This document shows positions 13,796-25,229 of a stretch of 64,000 nt of DNA, in pieces. Numbering within the stretch: the first letter of the stretch is position 1; every line of letters begins with the position of its first letter. Source of the stretch: Paraspadella gotoi (Eukaryota > Animalia > Chaetognatha); contig CM119263.1 of the NCBI GenBank assembly GCA_051294375.1, positions 5,782,382 through 5,846,381 on the forward strand, read 5' to 3'. A program made the translations under genes and the position numbers. A model generated the notes under the pieces. That model was given only the letters and a program-made list of their open reading frames with translations, had not been told where the DNA came from and made no database searches.

Positions 13796-14329
13796 CTGCG
13801 AAGGGGTTTTGGAAAGGAGGAGGAGGTGACGGTAGTAAAGGGGTGGTGCGAGGCATAGGCGGCATTCCCATGTCAGATGAGGAACGGAGGGAGGGAAGGG
13901 GAGGGCGACCACGAAGACCATTACACAATGAAGATTCCAAGCGAAGAAGATTTTTTTTCTGGCGCGTTTGACAGCCGAGCGTGAAGCGAGACAACGAAAA
14001 AGGTATAGAGGCTGAAATAGATGAAGGTGTGTAGGTAATGGGCGAAGACCACGAAAGGTAAGGGCGAAAGACGAATAGGTGAGGTCGCGGCGATGGCGAA
14101 GGTAAGGGTTAGGATGAAGTGAGGACGCGGCGAGACGAGAGGAGCCCACGTGAGAGAATCCGTCGACGCCCATCGAAAAAAAGGAAAAAGTAAAAAAGTG
14201 TTCATTAGCAAATGGAAAAATCATTAGTGAAGGTAAGCGATTAGCAAGGGAAAGATAGGCGGNNNNNNNNNNNNNNNNNNNNNNNNNAAGATGAGGCGGA
14301 GTTCATTAAGTGGCGATTTGCCTTGGAAA

Positions 14330-14366
<37 letters not shown>

Positions 14367-14749
14367 ATTGATTCAGCAGGGAGGACTCGGCTTCAAAAAC
14401 CACTCAGAATGTATTGATGAGGTGAGTGCTCGACTGTCATTCATGAGTGACGATATGGATAGATGAAGACAGCACGATCACAGACGGTAAGCGTACGAGT
14501 GAGCACCGCACAATTAATGGAGCAGCAGAGCACAAGTAAGACTGTTTGTAGTGAGCGAGCCTGCTCTTCTCGACTAGGTATGCTACCGGTGGGGTGCCCC
14601 TAGTCGAGCAAGGGCTGATGACGTAGGAGTGTAACTGATTGACCGCTCGCCGATGATCCTGCTTTTTCTCGGCGCTCCAACGCAGCAGGCGGCCGCCGGG
14701 CATGCAGCTTTGGCGGCGCGGCTCTGTGTCCGCTGTATATTTCGTCCCA

Positions 14750-17700
14750 CCTCTAGCTCTTAAGTGTAGTCGTTCTGGCTCGATAATGCCGAGGGCCCTG
14801 TGATAAGTTTCCGTCCATTCTCACCCTAAGCCTAAGCTCTTATAGGGGATAGTCGTTCTGGCTCGATAGCGAGGCCAGCGTGTGATATTTTTACCTGTCA
14901 TCCACCCTACTAAGAGCTTAATAAAGTGTAAGGTCGTTCTGGGCTCGATAGCGAGGCCTGTGAAATATTGTTCCGGTCCAAATCCACCCTACTAAGCTGC
15001 TTATAGTGTAGTCGTTCTGGTTCGATAGCGAGGCCTGTTTGAGTATTTTCCCGTCGATCTCACCCTACTAAGCCTCTTAGTACGTGTAATCGTGTCTGGC
15101 TCGATAGGCGAAGGCCCTGTGTATAGTTTTTCCGTCGATCCACCCTAACATTAAGATGCTCTTATAAGTGTAGGTCGTTCTGGGCTGCGAGTACGGAGGC
15201 CCTGTATGATTTTTCCGTCATCGCCACCCTACGAAGCCTCTTTGTAGTGTAGTCGTTTCTGGCTCGATGAGCGAGGCCCTTTTGTGGATATTTTCCGTCA
15301 TGCCACACCTAACCTAACCTCTCATAGTGTAGGGTCGTTCTCTGGGCGTCGATAGCGGGCCTGTGGTGAATATTTTTCCGTCATCCACACCTATCCTGAG
15401 CTCCTTATATGTGAGGTACGTTCTGGCTCGATAGGGCGAGGACCCTGTGAATATTTTCCGTCATCACCCTACTAAGCTCTTATATGTGTAAGTCGTTCTG
15501 CTCGAATAGCGGGCCTGGTGATATTGTTCCCGTCATCTCACCGCGGATTTAACTAAGGTCTTATAGTCGTAGTCGTCTGGGCTCGATTAGCGAGGCCCTG
15601 GTGATATTTCGTCATCCACCCTACTAAGCTCTTATAGTGTAGTGTTCTGGCTGCGATAGGCGAGCCTTGATATTTTTCCGTATCCACTCCTACTAAGTTC
15701 TTATATAGATGGTAAGTCGTTTCTGGCTCGATGCGGAGGCCTGTGATATTTTCCGTTTCATCCACCCTAACTAAGCTCTTAATTAGTGTATGTCGTCTGG
15801 CTCGATAGACGAGGCCCTGGTGATAAGTTTTCCGTCATTCCACCCTACTCTTAACTCTTAATATCGTGTGTTCGTTCTGGCACTCGATAGCGAGGCCCTG
15901 TGAATATTTTCCGGTCATCCACCTACTAAGCTCTTATAGGTGTTAGTCGTTCTGGATCTGATAGCGAGGCCTGTTTGGAAAATTGTTAATTTTTCCGTCA
16001 TCGCACCCTACTAGCCTGCTGTTATAGTGTAGTCGTTCTGGCTCGATATCGCAGAGGCCGCTGTGATATTTTCCGTCATCCATGCCCTACTAAGACTCTT
16101 ATAGTGCTAGTCGTTCTGGCTGCGAATAGCGAGGCCTGTGGATATTTCCGTCATTCCACCCTACTTAAAGCTCTTATAGGTGTAAGTCGTTGGCTCGATT
16201 AGCGAGCCTCTGTATATTTCCGTCATCCACTACCTACTAAGCTCTTATAGTTAGTCGTTCTGGCTCGATAGCGAGGCCTGTATAATTTTCGCCGTCATCC
16301 ACCCTAATAAGCTCTATAGTGTAGATCGTTCTGGCTCGATAGCGAGGCCTGTGAAATATTTTCCGTCATTCCACCCTACTAAAGCCTTATGAGTTGTTCG
16401 CTGGCTCGATAGCGAGGCCCTGTGATAATTTTCCGTCATCCACCCTAACTTAAGCTCTTTATAGTGTAGTCGTTCTGGCTCGATAGCGAGGCCCTGGATA
16501 TTTTCCGTCATCACCCTACTAAGCCTTATTCAGATGTAGAGTTCGTTCTGCGCTCGACTAGCGAGGCCGCCTGTGATATTTTCCGTCATCCACCTACTAA
16601 GCTCTTATAGTGTAGTTCGTTCTGGGCGTCGTAGCGAGGCCCGTGTGATATTTCCGTCATCTCACCCTACTCAAGGCTCTTATAGTGTAGTCGTTCTGGC
16701 TCGATAGCGAGGACCCTGGTATATATTTTCCGTTATTCCACCTACTAACTCTTTATAGTGTAGTCGTTCTGGCTTCGATAGCGAGGTGCCCTTGATATTT
16801 TTCCGTCATCCACTCCTACTAAGCGTCATTATAGTGTATCGTTCTGGCTCGATAACTGAGGCCCTGTGATATTTGTCCACGTCATCTCACCTACTAAGCT
16901 CTATATGTAGTCGCTTCTGGCCTCGATAGCGAGGGCCCTGTGATCATTTTCCGTCATCCACCCTAACTAAGCTCTTAAGTGTAGTCGTTCTGGCTCGATA
17001 GCGAGGCCCTGTGATTATTTTCCGTCATCCACCCTACTAACTTTTATAGTGTATGTCGTTCTGCTCGATAGCTGAGCTCTGTGATATTTCCGTCATCCAC
17101 CTCTACTAAGGCTCTTATAGTGTAAGTCGATTCTGGCTCGATAAGCGAGGCCACTTGTATTTTCCGTTCAATCCACCCGTACTAAGCTCTATAGTGTATC
17201 GTTCTTGGCTCGAGTAGCGAGGACCCTGTGATATTTTTCCGTCACCCACCCTATAAATCTCTTATAGTGTAGTTATCCGTTCTGGCTCGATAGCGAGGCC
17301 TGTGATTATTTTCACGTCATCCACCCTATCCTAAGCTCTTATAGTGTAGTCGTTTCTGGCTCGATAGCGAGCCTCTGTGATATTTTCCGTCATCCCACGC
17401 CATAAGTAAGCCTCTTATAGTGTGTCGTTCTGGCTCGATTAAGTCGAGGCCCTGTGATATTTCCGTCATCCACCCGTACTAGCTCTTATAGTGTAGTCGT
17501 TCTGGCTGATAGCGAGGCCCTGTGATATTTTTCCGGTCATCCCCACCTAACTAAGGCCTATAAGTGTAGTCGTTCTGGACTCGAACTAGGAGGCCCTGTG
17601 ATATTTTACGTCATCCACGCCTACTTAAGCTCGTTATATTGTAGTCGTTCTGAGCTCGATAGCGAGGCCGTCTGTGATATTTCCGTCCATCCACCCTACT

Positions 17701-18870
17701 AAGGCTCTTAATAGTGTAGTTCGTCTTGGCTCGAATAGCGAGGCCTCGTGATATTTCCGTCATGCCCACCCTACTAAGCTCTTATAGTGTAGTCAGTTTC
17801 TGGCTCCGATAGCGAGGCCTGTGATATTTTCCCCGTCATCCACCTACTAAGCTCTTATAGTGTAGTCGTTCTGGCTCGATAGCTGAGGCCCCCACTGTGA
17901 TATTTCCCGTCATCCATCCCTACTAAGCTCTTATAGTGGTAGTCGTTTGGCTGTCGATAGCGAAGGCCCTGTGATATTTTTCCGTCATCCACCCTAATAA
18001 GCTCTTATAGTGTAGGTCGTTCTCGGCTCAGATAGCGGGCCTGCTGTGATATTTTCGTCATGCCACCTACTAAGCCTTATAGTGTAGTCGTTCTGGCTCG
18101 ATAGCAGAGCCCTTGAATTATTTTTTCCGTCATCCACCCTAACTAAGCTCTTTAATAGTGTTAGTCGTTCTGGCTCGATAGCGAGGCCCCTGTGATATTT
18201 CCGTCATCCACCCTACTAAAGCTCTTATAGTGTAGTCGTTCTGGCTCGATAGCGAGGCCCTGTGATATTTTCCGTTCATCCACCCTACTAAGCTCTTATA
18301 GTGTATGTCGTTCTGGCGTTCGATAGCGAGGCCCTGTGATATTTTTCCGTCATGCCCACCCTACTTAAGCTCTATATTATTCGTTCTGGGCTCGAAGCGA
18401 GGCCGTCTGGAGTATTTTCGTCATCACCCTACTAAGATATAGTTGTAGTCGTTCTGGCTCGATAGCGAGGACCGTGATATTTCCGTCATCCAACCCTACT
18501 AGGCTCTTATAGTGTAGTCGTTCTGGCTCGAATAGCTGGAGGCCCCTGGATATTTCCGTCATCCACCCTACTAAGCTCTTATAGTGTAGTCGTTCCTGGG
18601 CTCGGATAGCGAGGCTCCTGTGATATTTTCCGTCATCCACCTACTAAGCTCTTATAGTGTAGTCGTCTGGTCGATAGCTGAGGCCTGTTGATATTTTTAC
18701 CGTCATCCACCTACTTAAGCTCTATAGTGTAGTCGTTCTGGCTCGATAGCGGGCATGTGATATTTTTCCGTCATCCAACCCTGACTGAAGCTCTTATAGT
18801 GGTAGTCGTTCTGGCTCGATAGGCGAGGCCTGTGATATTTTCGTCATCCACCCTACTGAAGCTCTATAGT
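14750..18870. repeat. Tandem satellite, about 70-bp unit, roughly 55-60 copies
   Basis: Consensus GTGTAGTCGTTCTGGCTCGATAGCGAGGCCCTGTGATATTTTCCGTCATCCACCCTACTAAGCTCTTATA repeated head to tail; copies differ mostly by scattered indels. Confidence 0.97.
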
Positions 18871-18871
18871 G

Positions 18872-18978
18872 CGGGCTAAATTCCCGGACCCTTTGGGTCT
18901 GGAGGCGACTGACTTGCCTCCGCACCAAATGCCCCCCACGCCTTGATGAACGGTTTGGTGGATTTAGTCACACCATAG
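18872..18978 (-). mobile_element. Truncated LTR of the same TRIM family abutting the satellite
   Basis: cgggctaaattcccggaccctttggg...gacttgcctccgc...tgatgaacggtttggtggatttagtcacaccata matches the LTR 5' half (hairpin plus tRNA-like head to the T-arm). Confidence 0.7.
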
Positions 18979-19429
18979 GCAAAAAAATAATGCTTGTGCC
19001 TTGTTTAAAACAATTTGATATAAATATTGGCATAGAATTGACAACAATTAACAATTTTTTAAATTAAAAGATTAGATAAGTTTAAAAAAATATGATTTTA
19101 ATGCTGTTAACTTGTTTTATAAACCCATTTCAGTTAAAATTATGCAAGTTTTTAATTTTAATAATTATTAAGATTAGGTTTTAAATAGAAAAAAAAAAAC
19201 CTATAGGGAAATAAATATTAACGACCCCGCAGGCATAGATAAATACAACAGTATTATTACATAATATTCTTCAACAATTTTAAGAATTTTTGATAACGGG
19301 CAAGCGAATAATCGTCCTCTGAAAATTAAAAAACTGAAAACGATGCCTTTTGTTTTGTTTTTCATTCCGTGTTGAGGTAAGACCCGAACCTCTTTCAGTG
19401 ATTTCGGCACCTAATTTAGCTCAACATAA

Positions 19430-19872
19430 GAAACAGCTCTTAGTTTCACAATGGACATTATGATGTATATAATAGAAATTGGTAAACCAAAATACAAAAT
19501 TATCCCTTCATTTAATAAAATAAAGCTATCTTGCCATCCTTGAATTTTGGCCAGGCTTTATGGTTGGTTTTAGGCCGTCCATCTTCTCCTTAATAACACG
19601 ATACAGGGTACGCAAGCTTTTCAATCAAGAATCAATGAAGTGGTATAAAATGTTCCAAAGAAAGTTTCAAATTGTATGAAAAGACCACTTATATTGTACT
19701 CCCACGTTACCTTTTGGTTGTTTGGGATAAATCTACAATTTCTAAGTTAGAAATTGGGAATCTTCCGTCCAAAGCTAAGTTAAGAATACTGGGAAATTTT
19801 TATATTTCATTTAGTAATAAATGACTTCGCGATGGAAATAGACGCCCGCTTGTGTCAAATTTCTAAAACCTG
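19430..19872 (+). mobile_element. Possible second Penelope-like fragment, opposite orientation
   Basis: Broken peptides resembling the RT-thumb/linker (S.HP, GY...FI, IVLP); ends in agacgcccgcttgtgtcaa...ctaaaacc, similar to the hammerhead region of the 20430 element. Confidence 0.3.
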
Positions 19873-19904
19873 ATTTAAATCCGGAAGCTTGCTCTCTCTC
19901 TCAT

Positions 19905-19947
<43 letters not shown>

Positions 19948-20429
19948 AAACCGGTTTTCTTGGCAAAGACCATTGAATCTTTGTTTTCTTTCTTCATTAT
20001 CTCAGAATTCAATTTTCCCACTGCATCTTTTACTAAAAAACAAAAACTTAAATAATTTACAAATTAACTGATGTCATATCAGTTTACGGCAATGCCATAT
20101 AATTAACATGGAGCGCATATCTCCTGTGCGGTAGATGAGGGTCAATATTTGTCGTGTTAGTGCATTTAAGTGGGATAATTAGAAACGAAAGTCGTTGAAA
20201 TATTGAGGAATAAATTTAGATTTAAGTTTTAAATGTTGAATGAACTTTCCGGGGTGGTTGGTGGTGCTCTGTATATGGCATTGGTCTGTATTGTCAGAAT
20301 TTGTATTAATTTAATTTTTGGTTTTATAAGTAGATGTCAGTTTGGGTAAATTTGAAATTCTGAAGATAATTGAGGGATGAGGTTAGTTTGAAGGGGGAGG
20401 GAGGGGGGAAGGAAGAGGGAGAGAAGGGT

Positions 20430-22340
20430 CGATTAAATTAAGGGTTTTAGCCCAATTGAACAAGCCCGGGCGTCTTCAGTAATTGAATATATATTGAGTC
20501 TGACACTATCACGAAATAGCTCACTAAATATAACGGACCCGTTTTTTAGATGTCGTTTCCACAGGTATAAGAGTATAATTTGTTTACTCTGTTTTAGTTC
20601 TATTCTTCCAATTTTGGGTTTGTGCCCTGATTGTGGTAGTATTATTATTCGTGACATGACAGGCATAATACTCCTCATTGTTTCTCTTTGTTCTCTTGTT
20701 TTTTTGTTTACTAAATGTGATCCGGCGTGCCAATTATTGCGAGGTATCGACTTTTTTCTTTGTTGTCTCTATTGTTTATCATTCTTCATCTCACATTTAA
20801 ATTATTCCAGGTTCATTTACGTACTTCATCTTGACGTTCGTGACTCAATGAATGATCTCTTATTGGCATTCACGAGATAATGCGTACGAGTGTCGCTGAA
20901 CTACTGCGAGAGGTTTTATCCATTACACAACTACTGTTTCAAGATTATCCGAATCCATTAATTATCTAAGACCTCGTGAGTCATAGGTTCTGCGATCTAT
21001 TTCTCATTTAAATTCTGTACCATTCATATAAGGTCTGTTTGAGGCCCAAGACTTTTATTTCCTCAATCCATGATGGTACTATAGATTTAAATCTTTTAAG
21101 CCAATCACCTGAATCTTCTACACCTAATTTGTATATCCTTTGTATCCAGGTTAATTTAAACTTATTTCTATTACCATTGTGAAAGGCGAGTCTCGCGCTT
21201 TACATAAATATATTATAACCACTAGTGCATTACACGTGTTCTGGAGTCTTTCCTACTACTATTCTATATTATCCAAACTACAATTAACTGTTCTGTGTGA
21301 GAGTTTCACAATACCCATATTTACCAGACAACATCTTTTTGTGCCAAGTCAGCTAATATGCGAGTGAACAACTACCATGTACTAAGAATTGCGTAGCATA
21401 GACGCTCCGGACGGCTTGTATCAAATACTATTTCAGATTCACACAACGATAATATTAACAAAAATGACTTTAAGCCGTTGGTTATTTCACCCTAGTTCCC
21501 ATTTTGCGGCGCTTTGATCTCGTCATTTGCGGTACTCGAGATTATCTATAACTCATATGGTTCAGTCGTTATGGAGTATTTCTTTCTCAAAAGAACCAGA
21601 TCAGATCACCTTTATAGCGAGATCTCCGGCCTGTTCGTAGGATGTAATTCAACTGACGATGACTTATTACATAAGATATTTTTATGTTCTTATCGCTCCA
21701 GTACTGGGAACATGAGAGACTTCATTCACGCGCACAAGGCGAGCCCCGATTCTGAACGCGTTGGATCGAAATTTATTTCTCAAAGCTCCGGCGTTCGTGA
21801 CCATCGTAGCGTGGATGGCGTTCTCATTGCGAGACGAAGTCCATGGAGAAGGCTACGTGGCCGAATTACGTCGTCCACATACCCGTGGACGTTTACGGCC
21901 GATGCCGGAGAGAGGAAGTGCGCTCGGACCAAGAGCCTCAATGCTAGTCGACGCTCCAAAAAATAGCAAGTTTTACTTGTCCTTTGAAAATTCCTCTGTC
22001 AGTTACGTACTGAGAATTGTGGAATATTTTAGCGATGACAACGATGGTTCCCATAGTCTATGGAGCCGCAGATTATAAGTTCTGACGCGGCCACCGGAAT
22101 TCAATTTTATAGCGCGCGACTCTACGACCGGAAAAGTGGCGGGAAGTAATATCAAAGCAGCTTGATTCGACGACAATCTTTTATTTGAAGTATCACGAGT
22201 GGAGGAAAAAAGTATTTCGTCCTTCGTACCAGAGGGAAATAACAATAAGGCCTTTTGTGAACTTGTGAGAGTTTAAACGACGATTCTCTGAGGACCGGAA
22301 TGGTAGAAAAACATTCAAGAATTTTGGACAAGGAGTAGAT
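20430..22340 (-). mobile_element. Degenerate Penelope-like retroelement (RT plus GIY-YIG remnants)
   Basis: Frame-disrupted minus-strand peptides in Penelope order: A-MGTR..PT..FVNI (about 21510-21450), FTMVIE.SLN.LDTK (about 21183-21140), LN..S.H, then HV....GHKP.WKN; hammerhead-like remnant at the 3' end; read by eye across frameshifts. Confidence 0.55.
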
Positions 22341-22359
22341 GCCGAGTTTAAGTTTGTTG

Positions 22360-23060
22360 TGTATGGGTGGACTAAAATCCACTCAACCGTCATCCCAGCG
22401 GCCCAAATGTGGGGTTGGCCGGGAAAAAAAGAAAAGGCCAAGTTCCCCATTTTTTTCCGCCCCCTTCCCAACCCAAGGTCCGGGGTTTCTAGCCCGGTGG
22501 TCGTCTGGCAGTTAAGAAGGGACGGGCGCTGTAACCGCCTGTAACCAAGGTGTTTACATGCCTGATTCCGAAGCTCAGGGACTGGGCTTATATTGAACGG
22601 TTCTGTATTAACACTTATCAATAATTAATGTCTCTTCATTGTTGAGCCCGACTTCCGAACACAACAGCAACAACAACACTTTCAGGCGACATGCCTCAAC
22701 CTTGGCGATGCACTTTCCGCCCACAAACATGCAGGCGAACATGCCTCAACTTGGTGACGCACTTTCCACCAACATAAAATTCACTGAAGAGACGCAACAG
22801 ACTTCTCCTACGGGAGGGGGGATGTAATGGTGGACTTAAAATCCACCAACCGTTCATCAGCGGCCATTGTGGCGCGGAGGCAAGTCATTCGCCTCCCACT
22901 CCAAAGGTCCGGGGTTCTATCCGCGGTGGTCGTATGGCAGTTAGAGAGACGGGGCGCTTAACCGCCTGTAACAAGGTGTTACAGCCTGATCCGAAGCTCA
23001 GGGAACTGCTTATATTGAACGGTTCTGTCATTAACACTTATCAATAATTACTGTCTCTCA
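22360..23060 (+). mobile_element. Miniature non-autonomous LTR retrotransposon (TRIM) with tRNA-like LTRs
   Basis: Direct repeats 22360-22638 and 22823-23060, both TG...CA; PBS-like TGTTGAGCCCGAC at 22640-22652 (11/13 match to tRNA-Trp-type TGGTGACCCCGAC); PPT GGGAGGGGGGA at 22812-22822; 184-bp non-coding interior. Confidence 0.8.
22860..22934 (+). ncRNA. tRNA-like (Gly-CCC-like) cassette inside the TRIM LTR; not a functional tRNA gene
   Basis: 75 nt; acceptor-like stem GCGGCCA/TGGTCGT; A-box-like TGGCGCGGAGG; TCGCCTCCCAC resembles a tRNA-Gly anticodon arm; T-arm/B-box-like CCGGGGTTCTA(T/G)CCCGG (consensus across copies). Confidence 0.65.
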
Positions 23061-23689
23061 ATGGTTAATATTGAAATCTTAATCATCAATAATTGATAAT
23101 TATTAGCCTGAAGTCATTGGACTTGACTGATCATTAAACAGAGAATAGTTTGTGCAAGAGATGAAAAATTATGAGAGGGAGAAAGTTGAAAGTACTATTT
23201 TGTTATAATTTTTTAAACTAACGCAATTATGCATTGTCATTTGGTGAATAGAATTTAAGTCTATTGAAGTACATCTAACGTTTTGTTTAAATACTAATTT
23301 TTTTCAAGATTGGCATTCATATGTTTAGGCGGCGAGTATCCTGTGTACTGGGTATCTGAGCAAGGTTTTTATCATTATTTTAACTTTGCCATATTTACAG
23401 TAATTGTGACCCCCTACACAAACTTACGCAGCGTTTAAACATTTTTTATTAATTCTTTGGATTTTTTAGTTTAATTCTCGTTATCCGTTATTCCTTTGAC
23501 AAGTATTTTTTCTAATCATCAGCTTATAACTTCTCAAACTCAAAAAAGAATCCATTTTCCTCGCCGACAGATTGCGCTGTTGAATTCGGGAATGCTTGTC
23601 GGTCACTGTCGTTTAATGATTCAGCCGTCGTAATAAACTGGTTGAGAGGAAAGAAATGCTTTGCCCGTCTGGGTATAAACATTATTTGA

Positions 23690-23832
23690 ATAATCTGATT
23701 ATGATTTGAATGATACCTAGCTAATTGATGAATTTGAATGATAATAGCTATTTAATGATTAAATGACTCGCTAATTAAAGATTTGAATGATTACTAGCTT
23801 AATTTTAATGATTTGAAATGATAGCTAGCTAG
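23690..23832. repeat. Degenerate tandem repeat of about 27 bp
   Basis: Repeated ctagctaatt..atgatttgaatgata variants. Confidence 0.65.
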
Positions 23833-25071
23833 ATGCTTATGAAAAGTAGGGTTACGATATACCGTTAAACAGTTACGGTTATTAACGTTAAAAATAATTT
23901 TAACCTAACCGTTAATATATTATTTTAACGGTTAAATCGTTAATTTTTAAATATGATTTTTCTATTTTTTGTATGAAAATCTTTGATTTAAAGAAAAATA
24001 ATTTTTTCTTGTCCTCTCTTATTCTCCCTCTTTTCTCACCATATTTTTTCACTCTCTCTCTCTTTTCCATTTTTTCCTTTGTTATTTTCAACCCTTTTAA
24101 TCTTTTTTTCTAATACTAATCTCTTTTGTACCTTTCTTTTTTTTCTTTTCTTTTCCCCTCCCTCTTTTCCCTTTTCTTTCTTTCTCCTTTTTTACTTTTC
24201 ATTTTTTTTCTCCCTCAGTGTTTTTTTTCTTACTTATTTTCTCCAAATTTTTTTCTTTTTCCTTTCAATTAATTTTATGCATTTACATCAAAGAATATAT
24301 TGAATATAATAATATCACATGCAAATAGTTGCATCATTTTCTTACAAATGTAATTCTTATTTAAAATAAAATATATATTTTTTTAATTTCACTCTTTTAA
24401 ACTACAAGAACATATGAATAAAACCAAAATGAATGAAAAAATTTATTAAAAAAACTAAATAATAAAAGTAATAAAAAAAATTAATAATAGAAAGAACAAT
24501 GTTTCCTATTTAAATTTTTCAGGAGAAAAACAAGATTCGTCGAAAGTAGAGACGAGAAGAAGATGAAGAAGAAGAAGAAGAAGAAGATAATGAGAAATAG
24601 AAGAATATTAGAGTAAAAATAAAAAGAAGAAGATGATGAAAAAAGAAAAGATCGAATTATGAAAATAAAAGAAAAAAATACATTTTTTTGAAATGTTGAT
24701 TTAAAAATCCGAAGAGAAAATTTAAATATTCCAAATCGATTTAAATTAAGTATCGACTGATTCGTCTATCAATGACGTCAGTGTTTTTTCTCTTAACATT
24801 TCATTTCACGGATTTTAATCTGATTTCTGTGAATTCAAAATTTGTGAATTTCGAAAAGCAAGAAGCAAAAAAGCGAAAATCATTAAATTTTTTCAATATT
24901 TCTATTTCCTTATATAAACTGTTTTGCTTCATCCTACCTTATAATCTTAACTCAATGTAATTTAACTCACATTCATATTCTGACCTGACTCTAAAAATGT
25001 TCCACGTTCCACCACATATTTCAGCTCGTCTTAAACTGTTCCAGCCATGAGAGAAATTACCCATATCTCAC

Positions 25072-25229
25072 CTGGGAATGTTCTGTTCCACCATGGTGGA
25101 GTTCATCCAGGACCTGACCGATCCCAGCTGGGAGGCGAGGGGTTCCTCCTTGAGGCTGGGTCCCCTCGGCTGGTGATGTGGATGGTGCGCGTGAGGGTGG
25201 GTCAGCCCCGAATCCTGGAGGCCGAACAT
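25072..25229 (-). CDS. coe: Collier/Olf/EBF transcription factor, coding exon 1
   Basis: CCACC-ATG start; hand translation MFGLQDSGLTHPHAHHPHHQPRGPSLKEEPLASQLGSVRSWMNSTMVEQNIP matches the EBF N-terminus (MFG..., KEEPL, VRxWM); ends in phase 2 at AG|GTGAGA. Confidence 0.93.

Noticed and set aside
14552-14652. Hairpin followed by CTGATGA resembling a type III hammerhead
   Set aside because: No GAAA, stem II or UH site, and the region is very noisy
14750-18870. CRISPR array
   Set aside because: The whole 70-bp unit repeats with no unique spacers, no cas genes are present, and the context is a eukaryotic intron
14750-18870. Hammerhead, twister or HDV ribozyme in the satellite unit (GGATGACGGAAA on the minus strand)
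   Set aside because: No CUGANGA core, no stem II and no stem I pairing; other ribozyme signatures not seen
22860-22934. Functional tRNA-Gly gene
   Set aside because: Anticodon and D stems pair poorly, the T-loop is non-canonical, and it is embedded in a dispersed LTR
23847-23945. hAT-type MITE end (TAGGG plus ACCGTT/AACGGT motifs)
   Set aside because: No matching opposite terminus or TSD found in the window
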